From: Octopus sinensis
Taxonomy: Eukaryota
Assembly: GCF_006345805.1 (NCBI RefSeq)
Contig: NC_043003.1
Location: 112,468,001 to 112,532,000, forward strand
Length of the DNA stretch: 64,000 nucleotides
Reading direction: 5' to 3'
In this document: piece after piece, positions 43,496-57,481 of the stretch
Layout: each line of letters starts with the position of its first letter
Numbering within the stretch: the first letter of the stretch is position 1
Notes under the pieces: generated by a model
Told to the model about the DNA's origin: nothing
The model's input: the letters and a program-made list of their open reading frames with translations, nothing else
The model's database searches: none
Translations under genes and position numbers: made by a program

Positions 43496-43695
43496 AATTG
43501 AAGGTACAAACAATTAAAAAAGAAAACGAACGTGAGGAAGTGCACAAACAATATATCAATTTGTGTCCTCATGATTAATATAATTTTAATTCTTTAGCTT
43601 TATAATGCTATTTTTATAGGCCTGTATCCATATATATATTAATGTGTGTTATTATCAACTATTTATATTGCCCTCAATAATAATAGTAATATTAA

Positions 43696-44943
43696 TCTCT
43701 TATTATAAAAGGCAGATTTTATCTGCCTCCCTTTGGGAGTTATACAAATCTACAATATAGGATTTCTTCAATTACAATTTACCTAGCAATTTTAAGAGTA
43801 CAATGCATCGCGTCATGCCAGGTCCAGTTTTTAAAATTTAAACTCCAATTAAGCAAAATTTACAGAAAACTCACATTTGGTGTGTGTGTCAAATGCTTTT
43901 CTTAGTCTGGTTTACACCACACGCAAACGCCACACACACACAAAGGGAGCGAATTGTTTCATTGACGCTATCACCCTTCTCCTCCTGTGTTTTGCAAGTT
44001 TGCAGCTAAAAAGTGTAAAAACAGTGATCCCGACAGCGATAAAGAAAACGAATTGGTACCTGAATGGAGTGAAATTAAAAACTGTTTCTTTCGGTGAGTT
44101 TTCTGAAGGAAACTGGACCAAGCACAGACTTTCCAGAAGAGTAGTAAGCCTTAGACTATTTCTATTTACCTTTTTCGAATGAGCATATTTGAAATCATAC
44201 GCTAAACGTAAACAAACCGAAAGAAAGGATAGTTTGTTATTTCCCACAATCTTAAATGAAATTAAGGCCTATTTTGCCATAAATATTATTATGGGTATCA
44301 GAAAGTTCCCAGAATAACAAATTTTCTATTGTAAAATTTTGTTGTATACCCATTGAAATATTAGCAATAACCCATTTTCTATAGCGATTTTTGAAACAAA
44401 ATTTAATAATTTTACAGAAAGTTACCAGAACAACCAAATCTATCGTAAAATTTTGTTGTTACCCCATGAATATTAGCTAATAACCCATTTTCTATACGAT
44501 GTTTGAACAAAATTTAATAATTTTACAGAAAGTTACCCAGAATAACAAATCGATCGTAAAATTTTGTTGTATACCCAATTGAATATTAGCTAATAACCAT
44601 CTTTCTATAGCGATGTTTGAACAACATTTAATAATTTTACAGAAAGTTACCCAGAATAACAAACGAGCCCTTCTGGGTATTAGAGCGCGTCTACGATGAG
44701 TGGTTACGATTTAAAAAAAAATACCATCATATTTTTCCATTTTAATGCATTTTTTTCGCTTTTATATAAGGGAAGTAACTCTCTAAAAATATCTACGATG
44801 TGTCAACGATTTAAAGAAAAATTTACCTTAATTTTTTTTCAATTTTTAATGCATTTTTTTGCTACTTTTTGGCTATAACTCTCTAAAAATGCTTATATAG
44901 TTATTTCCCTTACAACCCGAGCAACGCCGGGCGATACTGCTAG
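43696..44943 (+). mobile_element. Non-autonomous Helitron with internal ~113-bp tandem repeats (44299-44663)
   Basis: 5' TC, 3' hairpin CCCGAGCAACGCCGGG + CTAG, inserted at A|T with no TSD; empty paralogous site at 53047/53048. Confidence 0.88.
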
Positions 44944-45450
44944 TATCTTATAAATCTCCGCTTCCGAATATTTTATTGCTGATGAGTACTTTTCACATTG
45001 AGACTGTTTGCATTTTGGCGCAAAGCAATTAAGGACGCCAACTCATTTCAACGTGGCAGATTCCAATAGTGTTTCAATGGTTTAGAAGTGCTGAGGAAAT
45101 TAAGATCTTTGTACTAAACCAGAAACGAGTCCACATATATACCTGTAGCCAGGAATCCCGGGTCAGTCATGTGTAGCGGACTGAGGACTGGCCACAAAGC
45201 GGGGCAGTTGATACTCTGTTCGCCTCTAGTAAGACACTCGTAGATGCTTATGACTGTATTCAACATGTCTATAACAGTGTGAACGTAGGTATGTATGTCC
45301 ATGAGACAATGTGTGTGTGTGTGCGCGCTCGTGTATGTCTATATATGTGCTTACGTCTACACATGTATTCTTATCTGGTTATATTTTATCTTTTGTTATT
45401 TACTCTTTTCACTTTTAATAACCACATGCTGTATAATCGAATCAAGGGAA

Positions 45451-45553
45451 ACAACTGAAGAGACACATCTGCCCTGAGAACGCACCACAACCAGTTGTAT
45501 AGTATCCCACCCGCAACGGACCGATACAAGATGAGTCGAAATGATCGGTGTGA
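45451..45553 (+). ncRNA. Decayed HHR with long stem II insert
   Basis: CUGAAGA GACACAUCU..AGAUGAGUC GAAA UGAUCG; cleavage triplet and stem I degenerate. Confidence 0.5.
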
Positions 45554-45623
45554 TGAATAGACAGTTTCGTGAATTCCATTTTCTGTTTCTCTGATTTGTT
45601 ATATATATATATATATATATATA

Positions 45624-45991
45624 TCTTTATATATAAATGTCAAATTGTGTGTCTGTCTCCTACGATTTAGATTCCTATCTACTCCGGGTATCTTATAGTT
45701 GTGATTCATATCGAGCCCTTCTGGGTAATAGCGCGCGTCTACGATGAGTCTACAATTTTAAAAATAATTTACCGTCATTTTTTCCCATTTTAATGCATTT
45801 CTTCGCTATTATATAGGGGAAGTAAATATCTAAAAATGTCTACGATGAGTCAACGATTTAAAAAAAAATTTACCATAATTCTTTTTCCATTTTTAATGCA
45901 TTTTTTTGCTATTTTTTGGCTATAACTCTCTAAAAATGCTTCTACAGTTATTTCCCTTACAAACCCGATCTACGCCGGGCGATACTGCTAG
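45624..45991 (+). mobile_element. Short non-autonomous Helitron
   Basis: A|TCTTTATATATAAA..CCCGATCTACGCCGGGCGATACTGCTAG|T. Confidence 0.85.
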
Positions 45992-46071
45992 TATATAAAT
46001 ATATAATTTAATAAATAAAATATATGCATATATACATACATATATGTACGTACCTACATCTACATGTATAT

Positions 46072-46139
<68 letters not shown>

Positions 46140-47302
46140 AGTACAGGACACCACAAATAGACGTAGAACTCAACGAGAAACGAAAACATAAAACAAACAT
46201 GGAAACGGACTTATTTTAACAACGAAAAAACAGAGAACAAGACAAACAATACAAGGAATATTCCCCTTCATCAGCTGTCCCTTGTTCGACTCCCTGCGTG
46301 TTTCGAAAGTAAGGACAGAACACGACCCGTCGACAAGTCCTTCCTGCAAAAGGATTAAATAAAATTGCAGAGGGGTAAAAAAAGGAGAGAAAAAATGTGA
46401 CAAGAACAGGACGTAAAAGCAATACAAATAAAAATACAAATAAAAAATACAGTACACGTAAAGAATAAAAACAGGACAAAGAAACCAACATTGAGGGCCT
46501 TCCCAGACGCACTTAGAGATGCATATGTTTGTATGTGTTTGCGAGTGTCTATGCGTACAGTTAAAACTCTAAACTTACTTGAGACAAGATAACCTATAGT
46601 ATATATAGAAAAATGGATGTAAAACTTCATTTCAAGTATTAGATGGACAATAGATAATGGAGAACGGCACAGGTCCTAAATTCATATGGAAGTTACACTA
46701 ACCAGTGTAATGCGGTTTTGTTATAAACGCATTGAAATGCTACAGAAGAATCATGGCAACCAAAAGTATCCAAAATGTATGACGCTAGATATTTGATCTC
46801 AAAGACATAATTCCTCAGAACATTCCAAGCACAATCATTCACGGAGTACAACAGGGGTCCTATAATCATACTAATTTTCTTTACAGCAGTGCACTGTTAT
46901 GTGGTAATTTGTGAATGAGAAGTGAAAACTCAGTAGAAAAAGCTGCATGACAAAGAAATATGTGAAATAATATATACATATTCAAAGCGTCTTTCTCTGA
47001 ATATATTTCAATGATTTAATGCTTCAAATGGCTCCCACTGCCTTAACAAGATATATATATATGTAGGGAGAGTTTACGAAAAGAACAAAGACGAAGACAG
47101 GTGGCGTACAAAAGAAACAGTAGTATAAAGCTCAGGAAAAGAAAAAGTCTTTTACGTTTCAAGCCTACGCTCTTCTACAGAAAGGGACACAGAAAAAACA
47201 AGGAGAGAAACAAGGAGAGAAAAAATGTGTGTTGTGGCTAACGATCTATCATGACGACCTTTTACATATTTTTTTTCTCCATTAGATATATATATATATA
47301 TA

Positions 47303-48140
47303 CGAGGTCTTATCTATAAGTATCCGGACTGTAGCCTTAATAACAAAGCTAAGAGACACACAGAGACGCCGCTTGGCAAGATTGACCTTGAACTCTGGTG
47401 TGCATGTTTTAACTTTCTAGCTCACTTCTGCTATTTACAACATTGACCGTGACAGAGAAAATTGTCATGGCGATACCTGCTCAGTGGCCAACGCAAAGTG
47501 CATAAAGTGTATGGAGAGGAGTGTATGAGCAGCACACATGAGTACGAATGGTTCAAACGTCTCTAAGATGGCTGAAAATATTTCGATATTGCTGAACATT
47601 CGGGTAGACCCGCAACCAGCAGAACAGAGAACTTCGCAGATGTGCGTGCAGCTGTGAGGGGAAATCGTCGAATTACCATCCGTGAGTTATCAGAGAATGT
47701 GCAGGTTAGTTACAGCTCATTTCATTCCATTATTACTGAAGATTTGGATATGAGACGCGTGCCTGCCAAGTTTGTGCCAAAACTGCTTTCAGCTGACCAC
47801 AAAGACACTCGGGTTCCAGTTACTCAATATCTCCATTGTGTTGAGAACGATGAAAACTGTTTGAGACTTTTGCGTAGGCCTCTGAGCAGGTATCACCACG
47901 CTTTTGCTAAAGTTTGATGCAGATTCTCTGCTCAACCTCCTCTGTCATGGGCAATGCGATGATCACGTTACACACCTTTCGTCCAAGCACTGTTGTACAG
48001 AGAAAAAGTTAGTTAGAATGTTAAAACTTAGTGCCAATGATTACCAGAGATTAGGATTTATCGTTGCCAAGCGGCCTTACTCTGCGTGCTTTAGCTTCGT
48101 TACTATAGCAACAGTCTGGATACTTATTGATCAGACCACT
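47303..48140 (+). mobile_element. Mariner derivative with extended inverted ends
   Basis: TIRs cgaggtcttatctataagtatccggactgt / acagtctggatacttattgatcagaccact with TA flanks; ORF 47642-47917 NRRITIRELS..AKFVPKLL. Confidence 0.88.
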
Positions 48141-48218
48141 TACATATACATGACGTACTGGTCCATGATAGAAAACTCAACAAAAATGTACTCCGTTTGG
48201 TGAGAGATAAATATTACT

Positions 48219-49063
48219 ATTTAAAGGTCATAATACATATATTAAAGCGCTACTAATAGCTCCATATGTTGAGAGAACTCAAAAATATTCTTCAGGCGCC
48301 AACCACATTACACGTGGTCAAAACCAAGAACCTGAATCCAGCTGCAACTGTCGTGACACAGGATCCTGTCCACTTGACCAATGATGTAACATTAACTCTA
48401 TCATATATGAGGCAGAATTTACTGCAACCTTAAATAATAATACAACTGTTAAGAAGATCTATATTGGATTGTGTGAAGGAGAATTTGAAAATCGCTATGC
48501 CTATTACACAGCCTCTTTCCGATAGAGGGACAAAAGCAAAGCTACTAAATTGGCTAGCTACGTATGGACTTTGAAAGGTAATGAAGCACTACATGTGATT
48601 AAATGGAAAGTAATTGAAATATGCACACGTTATATGAACAGATCGAAAAACTGTAGACTTTGTTTGGCTGAAAGAGTGCAGATCCTGTTCAGATCTATGA
48701 TCTTTAACTCTGCTCTGTATTGAACTCTAAGTCAGAGATTTTCAGTGGATGGATGCATAAGTATAAATATATTCTGAAGAATTGGAAAATTCGGCCTATT
48801 CCTGACTGACTTGATATCTTTCCAGCCTTATCAATTAAGGCCTAAGGAGGATAGCAATTTTTAGCTTTTGACATTTTAATTTCGTTTTCTGTTGTGTACT
48901 GTCTGCGTCTTCTATATGCTGTCTTCTCTGCTTCACCGCGTTTCTTCTATTTATTCAATTTCTTCGTTCTGATATGTGGTTTGCGCCTGAAGAATATGTT
49001 GAAGTTCTCTCAACATATGAAGTTATTTGTAGCGCTTTAATACGCATATATTAACCTTTAAAT
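48219..49063 (+). mobile_element. PLE 3' fragment (Naiad-like GIY-YIG) bracketed by inverted HHR repeats
   Basis: SCNCRDTGSCPLDQ*C..IIYEAE..IYIGLCEGEFENRY..CRLCLAER; HHR at 48983-49035 (+) GCGC CUGAAGA AUAUGUUGA..UCAACAUAU GAAG UUAUUUG UA GCGC; inverted copy at 48247-48299. Confidence 0.88.
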
Positions 49064-49079
49064 TATATATATATATATA

Positions 49080-49625
49080 CCCACTAGGCCGCTGGTGGCA
49101 AATAAATTCTACGAAACTTTTTGCCACCCTATATTGATTAATTATGAATTTTATGGTTAATTCCGTAATGGAATCAGCGGCTTATATTTGCTGCCGATAA
49201 ATTTGGCGCGAGTGCAATGATTTGAAAATTTTAGGTCAGATATTGCCGAGGCAGGGATAGAGGTGCCTCGTGATAACATCTGCTCGGATCTGGCTGTTTC
49301 TTACTGACAAATCTATCGGCCTATGGAAGATTGGCTTGATTTAATTTAATCAGGTTAGTTTACCATTAAACAATAGATGAAACGGTGCATCGTATAAGAA
49401 ATTACAGGGTAAATGTTTTTTAATTTTCTTCTCCTGGTTTGCGGAATTAATGTTATTTTGCGGTTGAAGCTTTGGCTGTTATTTCTAGTGGTGAATGGCC
49501 TATTATGGCCATTCCTGATTGTGATGTTGAACTTATAAATGGTCTATGACTATTTAATTTTTTCCCACTAGGCCGCTGGTGGCAAATAAATTCTACGAAA
49601 CTTTTTGCCACCCTATATTGATTAA
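49080..49625. repeat. ~63-bp identical direct repeats flanking ~420 bp, in (TA)n
   Basis: cccactaggccgctggtggcaaataaattctacg..ttgattaat at ~49081 and ~49564. Confidence 0.8.
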
Positions 49626-49633
49626 TATATATA

Positions 49634-49690
<57 letters not shown>

Positions 49691-49693
<3 letters not shown>

Positions 49694-50056
49694 TATATAT
49701 AAAAGTAAGGTTGTGCGCTGTCTGTCTCCTACAATTTAGATTCCTAACTACTCCCACATTTTGCGGTGCAGTTTAACCAAAACCGGATATCTTATAGTCG
49801 TGATTCATATCGAGCCCTTCTGGGTATTATCGCGCGTCTACGATGAGTCTACGATTTAAAAAAAAATTACCATCAATTTTTCCCATTTTTAATGTATTTT
49901 TGGCATATATAAGGGAAGTAACTCTCTAAAAAATTTATTATTAAATCTCAGAACGTAAAGAGCTACATTGAGATGGCTATTATACTTTACATCTCTAAAA
50001 ATGTTTATATAGTTATTTCCCTTACAAACCCGAGCAACGCCGGGCGATACTGCTAG
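49691..50056 (+). mobile_element. Short non-autonomous Helitron
   Basis: A|TCTTATATATAAAA..CCCGAGCAACGCCGGGCGATACTGCTAG|T. Confidence 0.85.
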
Positions 50057-50214
50057 TATATATATATATATATAAACACGCACACACATACACAATACTA
50101 TACGATATTGTCACGATGCTGCAGGATATGTACCAGTCAGTATGTCTCATGACATGAAGCTGCTTGATATTTTAATTTGGAGCTCATTAGCTTATGCTTA
50201 CAGTTACAAATGTG

Positions 50215-50470
50215 AAGTCGCATGGCTCAATGTTTAGAGTGTTGAGATAGTGAGTTCGATTCCCACACCGGACTGTGTTTTTGAGCAAGACAATTTATTT
50301 CGCCTTGCTTCAGTTCACTCAGCTGTAGAAATGAGTTGCAACGTCACTGGTGCCAAGCTGTATCGGCCCCTTTGCTTTGCCCTTGGATAACATCGATGCT
50401 GTAGATAGGGGAGGCTGAAAAGCATGGGCGACTGCTGGTCTTCCAGAAACAATCTTGCCCGGACAGAGTA
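50215..50470 (+). mobile_element. Decayed tRNA-derived SINE, family D
   Basis: TGGCTCAATG..GAGTTCGATTCCC head; ttgagcaagac..ttcactcagctgtagaaatg body. Confidence 0.6.
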
Positions 50471-51824
50471 AATTTCTATGTGCAATTTCATGATTATCCA
50501 TGACCGAGAGGGATTTTTACATTTCACGATTAAAAATTCAAAAAGAAAAACATATATATTGGAAATAGCATAATCTGTGTACAGAGATTTCAAAATAAGT
50601 TACTTGTGTGTTTCATTGTAACAATGTACAACTGGATATAAAGGGCTAAATTTTGTTTCCTTTCCACGAAATATACTGTAAGCGTTGGTGACCTATAGCA
50701 CATTGAGCTTAAAATATATGTATTTGATTTCACAGATTTAAAATCTTAAACACTCACATAATACATTAAACCTACACATGCGCACACACACTCACACGCA
50801 CACGCGCTCGTGTTTGTGTAAGATATATATATTTTTACATTCCATTGCTTTGCTCCGTGGCGGTTTCTTTTATTTATGAAAAACAAATAGCAATGTGTTA
50901 CCATAAATTTGATGTGTATAATTATCATAATACAATAAGAACCAATTATTATTAGAAAGAAATCACTGATATTACTTTATTTGTCATGACAAAGAAATCA
51001 ATATTATCACAAAGAACCCATTAATATTACAAAGAAATCATAATTAGACTCAAACAATAATTGTATATGTGACACAAGAAACAGAAAGACATCAAAGTTT
51101 GGAGTCTCATACGGATATATATTTTAATTCTTTGCTATATATTTTGTATTGTTCCCAATTTATTAAGACATTTAACAATACGTACATCTTAATTAGCAGT
51201 CTCTCAAAATGATGGATCCTACCTTGAGATTAAAATTCACCATGAATTAGATGTCCATCGGTCTCGACGACGAGGATAACTACCCACTGAATTAGGTGTC
51301 AGTGGCTGAGTATAAGCCACAAGTGTATACGCTTAACATAATTCTCAGTGTGATACAATGTGTGACATAACGGTATAGGTCGATTACGAGTAGGATGCAC
51401 AGTTTTCGTCAGTCAAATTGCATTCACTAGGCATAGTATGATAGGAGACAACTTTTACAGACAATTGCTCATGATGTCAGGTAGTGGAATCGAAAGCAAG
51501 AACCCTTGATAACTTAGAAATTCTGGAAACTGGCATCCCGGCATTTCAGAAGTGCTGTTCCCTAATAACATTCCGTTATAGTTTATGGATTCAAGCGAAA
51601 CAACCCTAGAAATTTTATCAAAATTAGGCAATCTTAATAACTTCTATTATTGATTCAAGCTTCTATTTTAAAGCTGCAATTAGCATCAACCTCCAGTACA
51701 CTGTAGCACCGTCCGTGATTGTGTGAAATTCTCAGTGTCAGATGTTATTTAGCCTTTGATGATACTTTAAAGAAATCTGAAACGAGTGCTTTTTCCCCGT
51801 ATCTTATTTTTTCCGAGCGTCGAT

Positions 51825-51903
<79 letters not shown>

Positions 51904-52253
51904 ATAATATATATATATATTGTTATATTTCGAATGTCATATTGCAAGTTTAGCCAATAAAAACACACGCACTATATATTTGGTGTTACTTTGCTTCAGC
52001 GTTATTTATTTTTTACATTAATCTTAATCTTATTTCGGCTAGAGTTATTTCGTCACACTCCTGTGACCGCATCAGTGGTCCTTTGCTTTCTTCTTTCTTA
52101 TTTGTGTGTCTCTCCTTACTAACCGCCAGCCATTTTGTATTTCTATTGTATGTGTCTTCATTTGCGCATGCGTATATCTCTATGTGCGTCTATGTTTAGT
52201 TAGTGTGTGTGTGGGGGTGCCTGTAATATTTGTATCACCTGTTTATATACGTT

Positions 52254-52296
<43 letters not shown>

Positions 52297-52553
52297 TATA
52301 TATGTTTATATGAGCTATTACATGTGTGATGAAAGCAGTACAGACAGCATCTTTTGAGTATTACGCTGCCAGACGTAATGAAAATGTTTTCTGAGCTCCT
52401 TTCATTGCATGAAACTAACAGTCGCTCATGAAATATACATTGTGTTTATTAAATCATAATTATCTCTCACCAAGACGAAGTGCTATTTGTTGATATTATC
52501 CTCGCAGAACAGTGCACTATAGGTATATATAGATATATAGATATATAGATAGG

Positions 52554-52608
<55 letters not shown>

Positions 52609-52609
52609 G

Positions 52610-52656
<47 letters not shown>

Positions 52657-52657
52657 G

Positions 52658-52688
<31 letters not shown>

Positions 52689-52694
52689 GTAGAT

Positions 52695-52742
<48 letters not shown>

Positions 52743-52743
52743 G

Positions 52744-52813
<70 letters not shown>

Positions 52814-53087
52814 CATTTATTTATTTATTATAAGGACAAATTAAAGTGTTTTTTTTCGTGTTCTCTTTTGAGGTATAAATATAGGTTTTGACTCTTATTT
52901 CTAGCGAGCAGACACTTTAATGTGTCCTTATACTTAACATAATTTTAATTCTTTAGCTATATAATGCTAATTTTGGGGCTTGCAACTACCTATATTTCTC
53001 CTATTATATACTCTTTATATTGCATTCGACAATAATATCAATATTAATATCTTATAAATAAATATTCACTTCCAAATATTTACTGCT

Positions 53088-53150
<63 letters not shown>

Positions 53151-53578
53151 ATAGGGAGAGCTTACGAAAAAAAAACAAAAGACGAAGACAGGTGGTGTAC
53201 AAAACAAACAAATGTATTAGTATAACGCTCAGGAATAGAAAAAAGTATTTTACGTTTCGAGCCTACGCTCTTCTCCACAAAGGGACACAGAAAAAAGAAG
53301 GAGAGAGAAAAAATGTGTGTAGTGGCTCACGATCAATCATATATATAGTTGAAATTTACAGAGAAACAAAAGACGAAGACAGGTGTATGAACAACAGACA
53401 GGTGTATTAGATTGACGCTCGGGAAAGTGAGAAGGTTTTTTTGGTTTCGACCCTACGCTCTTCAACAGAAAAGAATAAGAGAAAATGAACAGAGAGCGAA
53501 TAAATGAAACTTGTAGATTTTGCTATGAACCATGTGTGTGTGTGTATGTGTGTTTCTGTCTGTCTGTGTATGTCTGTC

Positions 53579-53610
<32 letters not shown>

Positions 53611-54267
53611 TGTATGTATGTATGTATGCATACGGCCACGGCTATACAGTTAACCATTTAACATTCGGGGTATTGTTCAGTCGGAGGTTTTGGTAGAATG
53701 TACAAGGTTAAATTGCCGTACATTCGGACTAAATCTGAGCAACGTCGTTACATACTCATGCTTAAAGCAAGAAGAACTTTATATGAACTTCAGTTGCATA
53801 GAAATTAAATGTAGATTGTTTTAAAGTTTCTGCTTTTTAAAGAAGAATCTTCTATTATTGATTCAAGTTTGTTCTACTTTTATAGTATGCGCACCCATAT
53901 ATATTCATTACTCTTTTAAAGTATACGCATGCATAAACGCGTGTTGCACTCGTAAAGTATACAAATGCATATTCGTATTTTACACTCGTAAAGTATTTGT
54001 ACGCATACATGTTCGTTACACACGTTGATAACGTTTATCGATTTTTTGAACTACTTACTTCAATCTTAATATTTGCAAATTAAGCAATGCTTTCAGTTGT
54101 TGGTGTATGTTGGTTTGTTTAAAATTACATACGTCGTCCTTAGGTTGACCACTTAATCAAGAAATAATCTCTATTTGATTCTATCTGCAATTTTATTTCA
54201 TATTTAGTATATTATCTAGAGTATGCGATCTCAGATACTCATGTGTGTACATACACACATATATATA

Positions 54268-54498
54268 TTTCTTTACTACCCACAAGGGGCTAAACACAGA
54301 GAGGACAAACATGGGCAGACAAACGGATTAAGTCGATTATATCGACCCCAGTGCGTAACTGGTACTTAATTTATCGACCCCGAAAGGATGAAAGGCAAAG
54401 TCGATCTCGGGGGAATTTGAACTCAGAACGTAGCGGCAGACGAAATACGGCTAAGAATTTCATCCGGCGTGCTAACGTTTCTGCCAGTTCGCCGCCTT
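54268..54498 (-). mobile_element. SINE family B
   Basis: Full head to tail; matches 19420-19635; older copies at ~60575-60740 and ~60950-61050. Confidence 0.85.
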
Positions 54499-54559
54499 AT
54501 ATACACATATATATGCATAGATACACACACACACAGACAAGTACTCACATCGCGTGCGT

Positions 54560-54601
<42 letters not shown>

Positions 54602-54975
54602 ATACATATATTCCTTGTGTGTGGTAATAGCAAATAGTATGTCCCCAAAAATGTATATACTCATTCAATAATTAGAAAGTCCGAGTTCCGCTTTCAAAAT
54701 TTAATACAATATATTTAAAATGGCCTAGAAAATGCAAAACCTTAAAGAAAATTCTAATGGAGGACAAATTAATAATTGGATTTATTGAAATGTTGGACTA
54801 TATATATCTGCATTTATGTGTGTGTGTATATGTAAATATTTATGCAGTTGTATATGTATATCTGTCTGTACACACAAATACCACATATTTTAATATGCAT
54901 ATATGCACATAAATACACATGTACACACACTCATACGTGCGCGCACATACTTACATACATACATGCATACTTACA

Positions 54976-55037
<62 letters not shown>

Positions 55038-55488
55038 AAGACTTGAAGTAGTGAAATTCAGTCATCAAGTTATAATCCGATGCACACACCACTGTTGCTT
55101 CTGCTCAGTTGCAGAACTAAAGTCATTATATCTTCGGCTAAGAAATGTGCATACACATTCAGAAATCTTGAATGCTAATATCATCGATGTTTTCTGCCAT
55201 TTTACTGCAATATATATATATATATATTTGTGTGAGTGTGTGTGTGTGTTTATTAGAAGAAATAAGGTACTCAAAAATCTTGATGGTTTTAGATTTACAG
55301 ATATTTATTAGTATGTTACATGTTTCAATAAATCATATATCATATATTAGCGCTTTCGTCCACTCTAGTGGAGTTTTCAAATTGAACCATCATCTCCAAA
55401 CCTTCTTGTATATGTATATATATCGCGTGTGTACCGTTGGCGATATTTTCCCTCAATCTTCCCTTCCTTGGATCTTTCTTTTTCCTAT

Positions 55489-55523
55489 GTTTCTGACGAA
55501 GAGCTCCGCTCGAAACGTTAAAC
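55489..55523 (+). ncRNA. Compact minimal HHR with canonical core, in a TA-flanked element (~55425-55620)
   Basis: GUUU CUGACGA A GAGC-UCC-GCUC GAAA CG UU AAAC. Confidence 0.8.
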
Positions 55524-56191
55524 CCTCCTTCTTTTCTGAGCGTCATATAACACTATACTTGTTCCACGTTCTCGCGTTGTTTGTTTTCTCTTTGTGTTTT
55601 CATCTTTGGATTAACTATATTATATATATATAGTGGACAAAGGAAGACAAATGCACTCAACACATTTAGTATGTGTTAAATATATTATTTAAAACTGTTT
55701 GATTCAGATCCTCGCGACTTACTGCCTTAGGCAGTGACTTTACTTGATCAAGTGACAGATATCCTGCCATCACAGAACTCTCATGAGATAACTGCATGAC
55801 ATGACACAGATTACTTTTATACAGAAATGATATTTCGTGAGAGTTCGCTCATTTATATGACAGTAAAGGGGAAGAAAACATCGATGGTATTAGCATTCAA
55901 GATTTCTGAACGTGTATGTACATTACCGATGCGGAAATATCGGTCAACAGCATAACTTGCACTAATTAGACCAGTTAATTACTAATGGAATTGAGATACT
56001 AGAGAAAGACTTCAAGTAGTAAAATTCAATCATCAAGTTATTATTTGCTGCATATTCCACTGTTGAAGAACTAATGTCGTTATAATATTAATATACACAG
56101 ACAGTAAGAGCAACATATACTGAGCAGGAGTAGATCATTGCCAAATGCACAATCTTTAACATGGCGTCATCCGCGTACTCTCTTCTCTCGT

Positions 56192-56572
56192 TTACTCTCT
56201 TTTACTTGTTTCAGTCATTTGACTGCGGCCATGCTGGAGCACCGCCTTTAGTCGAGCAAATCGACCCCGGGACTTATTCTTTGTAAGCCCAGAACTTATT
56301 CTTTTGCCGACCCGCTTAGTTACGTGGACGTAAACACACCAGCATCGGTTGTCAAGCAATGCTAGGGGGACAAACACACACACAAACACGCATATATACA
56401 TATATATACATATATACGACAGGCTTCTTTCAGTTTCCATCTACCAAATCCACTCACAAGGCATTGGCCGGCCCGGGGCTATAGCAGAAGACACTTGCCC
56501 ACGCAGTGGGACTGAACCCAGAACCATGTTGTTGGTTAGCAAGCTACGTACCATACAGCCACTCCTGCGCCT
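56192..56572 (-). mobile_element. SINE family A
   Basis: Reverse complement of the 4383-4792 family. Confidence 0.9.
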
Positions 56573-56871
56573 ATATATATAGGCGTACTATATATATATA
56601 TATATACAAAATGGGACAAGAATGCAAAACATCTAGAAGACGATACAAAAAGCACGGACGGATCATTCGAAGCCTTTAATATTCAGTCAAGAACCGGATT
56701 ATCCTCGCAATTTCGGTTGATTAATCTTGAGATTGTTCCAATCTGGCCAACCCCAAGGAAAAAACTAAGCTAAGAGCCTTAGATTCCTTGGAAAAAAAGC
56801 TTCGAAACAAGGACAGAAAAACGGACGATGTTACACGAATATAAATACAAAAATAATGCGAAAAAACGATG

Positions 56872-56937
<66 letters not shown>

Positions 56938-57086
56938 GAACATCACAACAGGCGTCTTTCGACTGGAGGCGAATCGAATTCAGCTGTTGCGTTAGGAATT
57001 GAACCTTACGGCAGACAATAAAAATGTTGATGTTATATATATATATATATATATGTAATATATGTGGTAATTATTCGGTTGCCATT

Positions 57087-57145
57087 ATAAAGCTCTAAGG
57101 TTCGGATATCGCGGCGGAAATCTGCACCGGCATCTCTTCAGTTAT
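57087..57145 (-). ncRNA. Partly decayed HHR
   Basis: AUAA CUGAAGA GAUGCCGGUG..CGCCGCGAUAUC C GAAC CUUAGAG CU UUAU. Confidence 0.45.
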
Positions 57146-57481
57146 CGAGGCAATTCAAATATGCTATGAAAATGACCGTTAAATAAGGGAAAAAAACGAA
57201 GGGAAGTAAAAAGTAAAGGAGTAAAAATGTTCATAGCAATCGCGTATGCTCGCATGTACATACATACATATGCGCCTACGCACACCCACGTGCATGTGCC
57301 TATATGCATATGCTCACTCAGACTCGCATGAAACACACACATGCGCACTCACACATACGCCAAATAGATGCATATATATATATATGCAACCATGCATGTA
57401 CACGTAAACAAATCTACACACACGTGCACATACCCATATGGGCACAGTTATGTTCAAATACACGTCTAAAAATACACACAC

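Noticed and set aside
44299-44663. Regular repeats as a CRISPR-like array
   Set aside because: Contiguous tandem units without unique spacers, inside a Helitron in eukaryotic DNA
48380-48390. In-frame TGA in the Cys-rich motif (CPLDQ*C) as possible selenocysteine, as reported for some Naiad PLEs
   Set aside because: The related copy at ~37035 has CGA (Arg) here, so CpG decay explains it; it is not a Cys position and other stops are present
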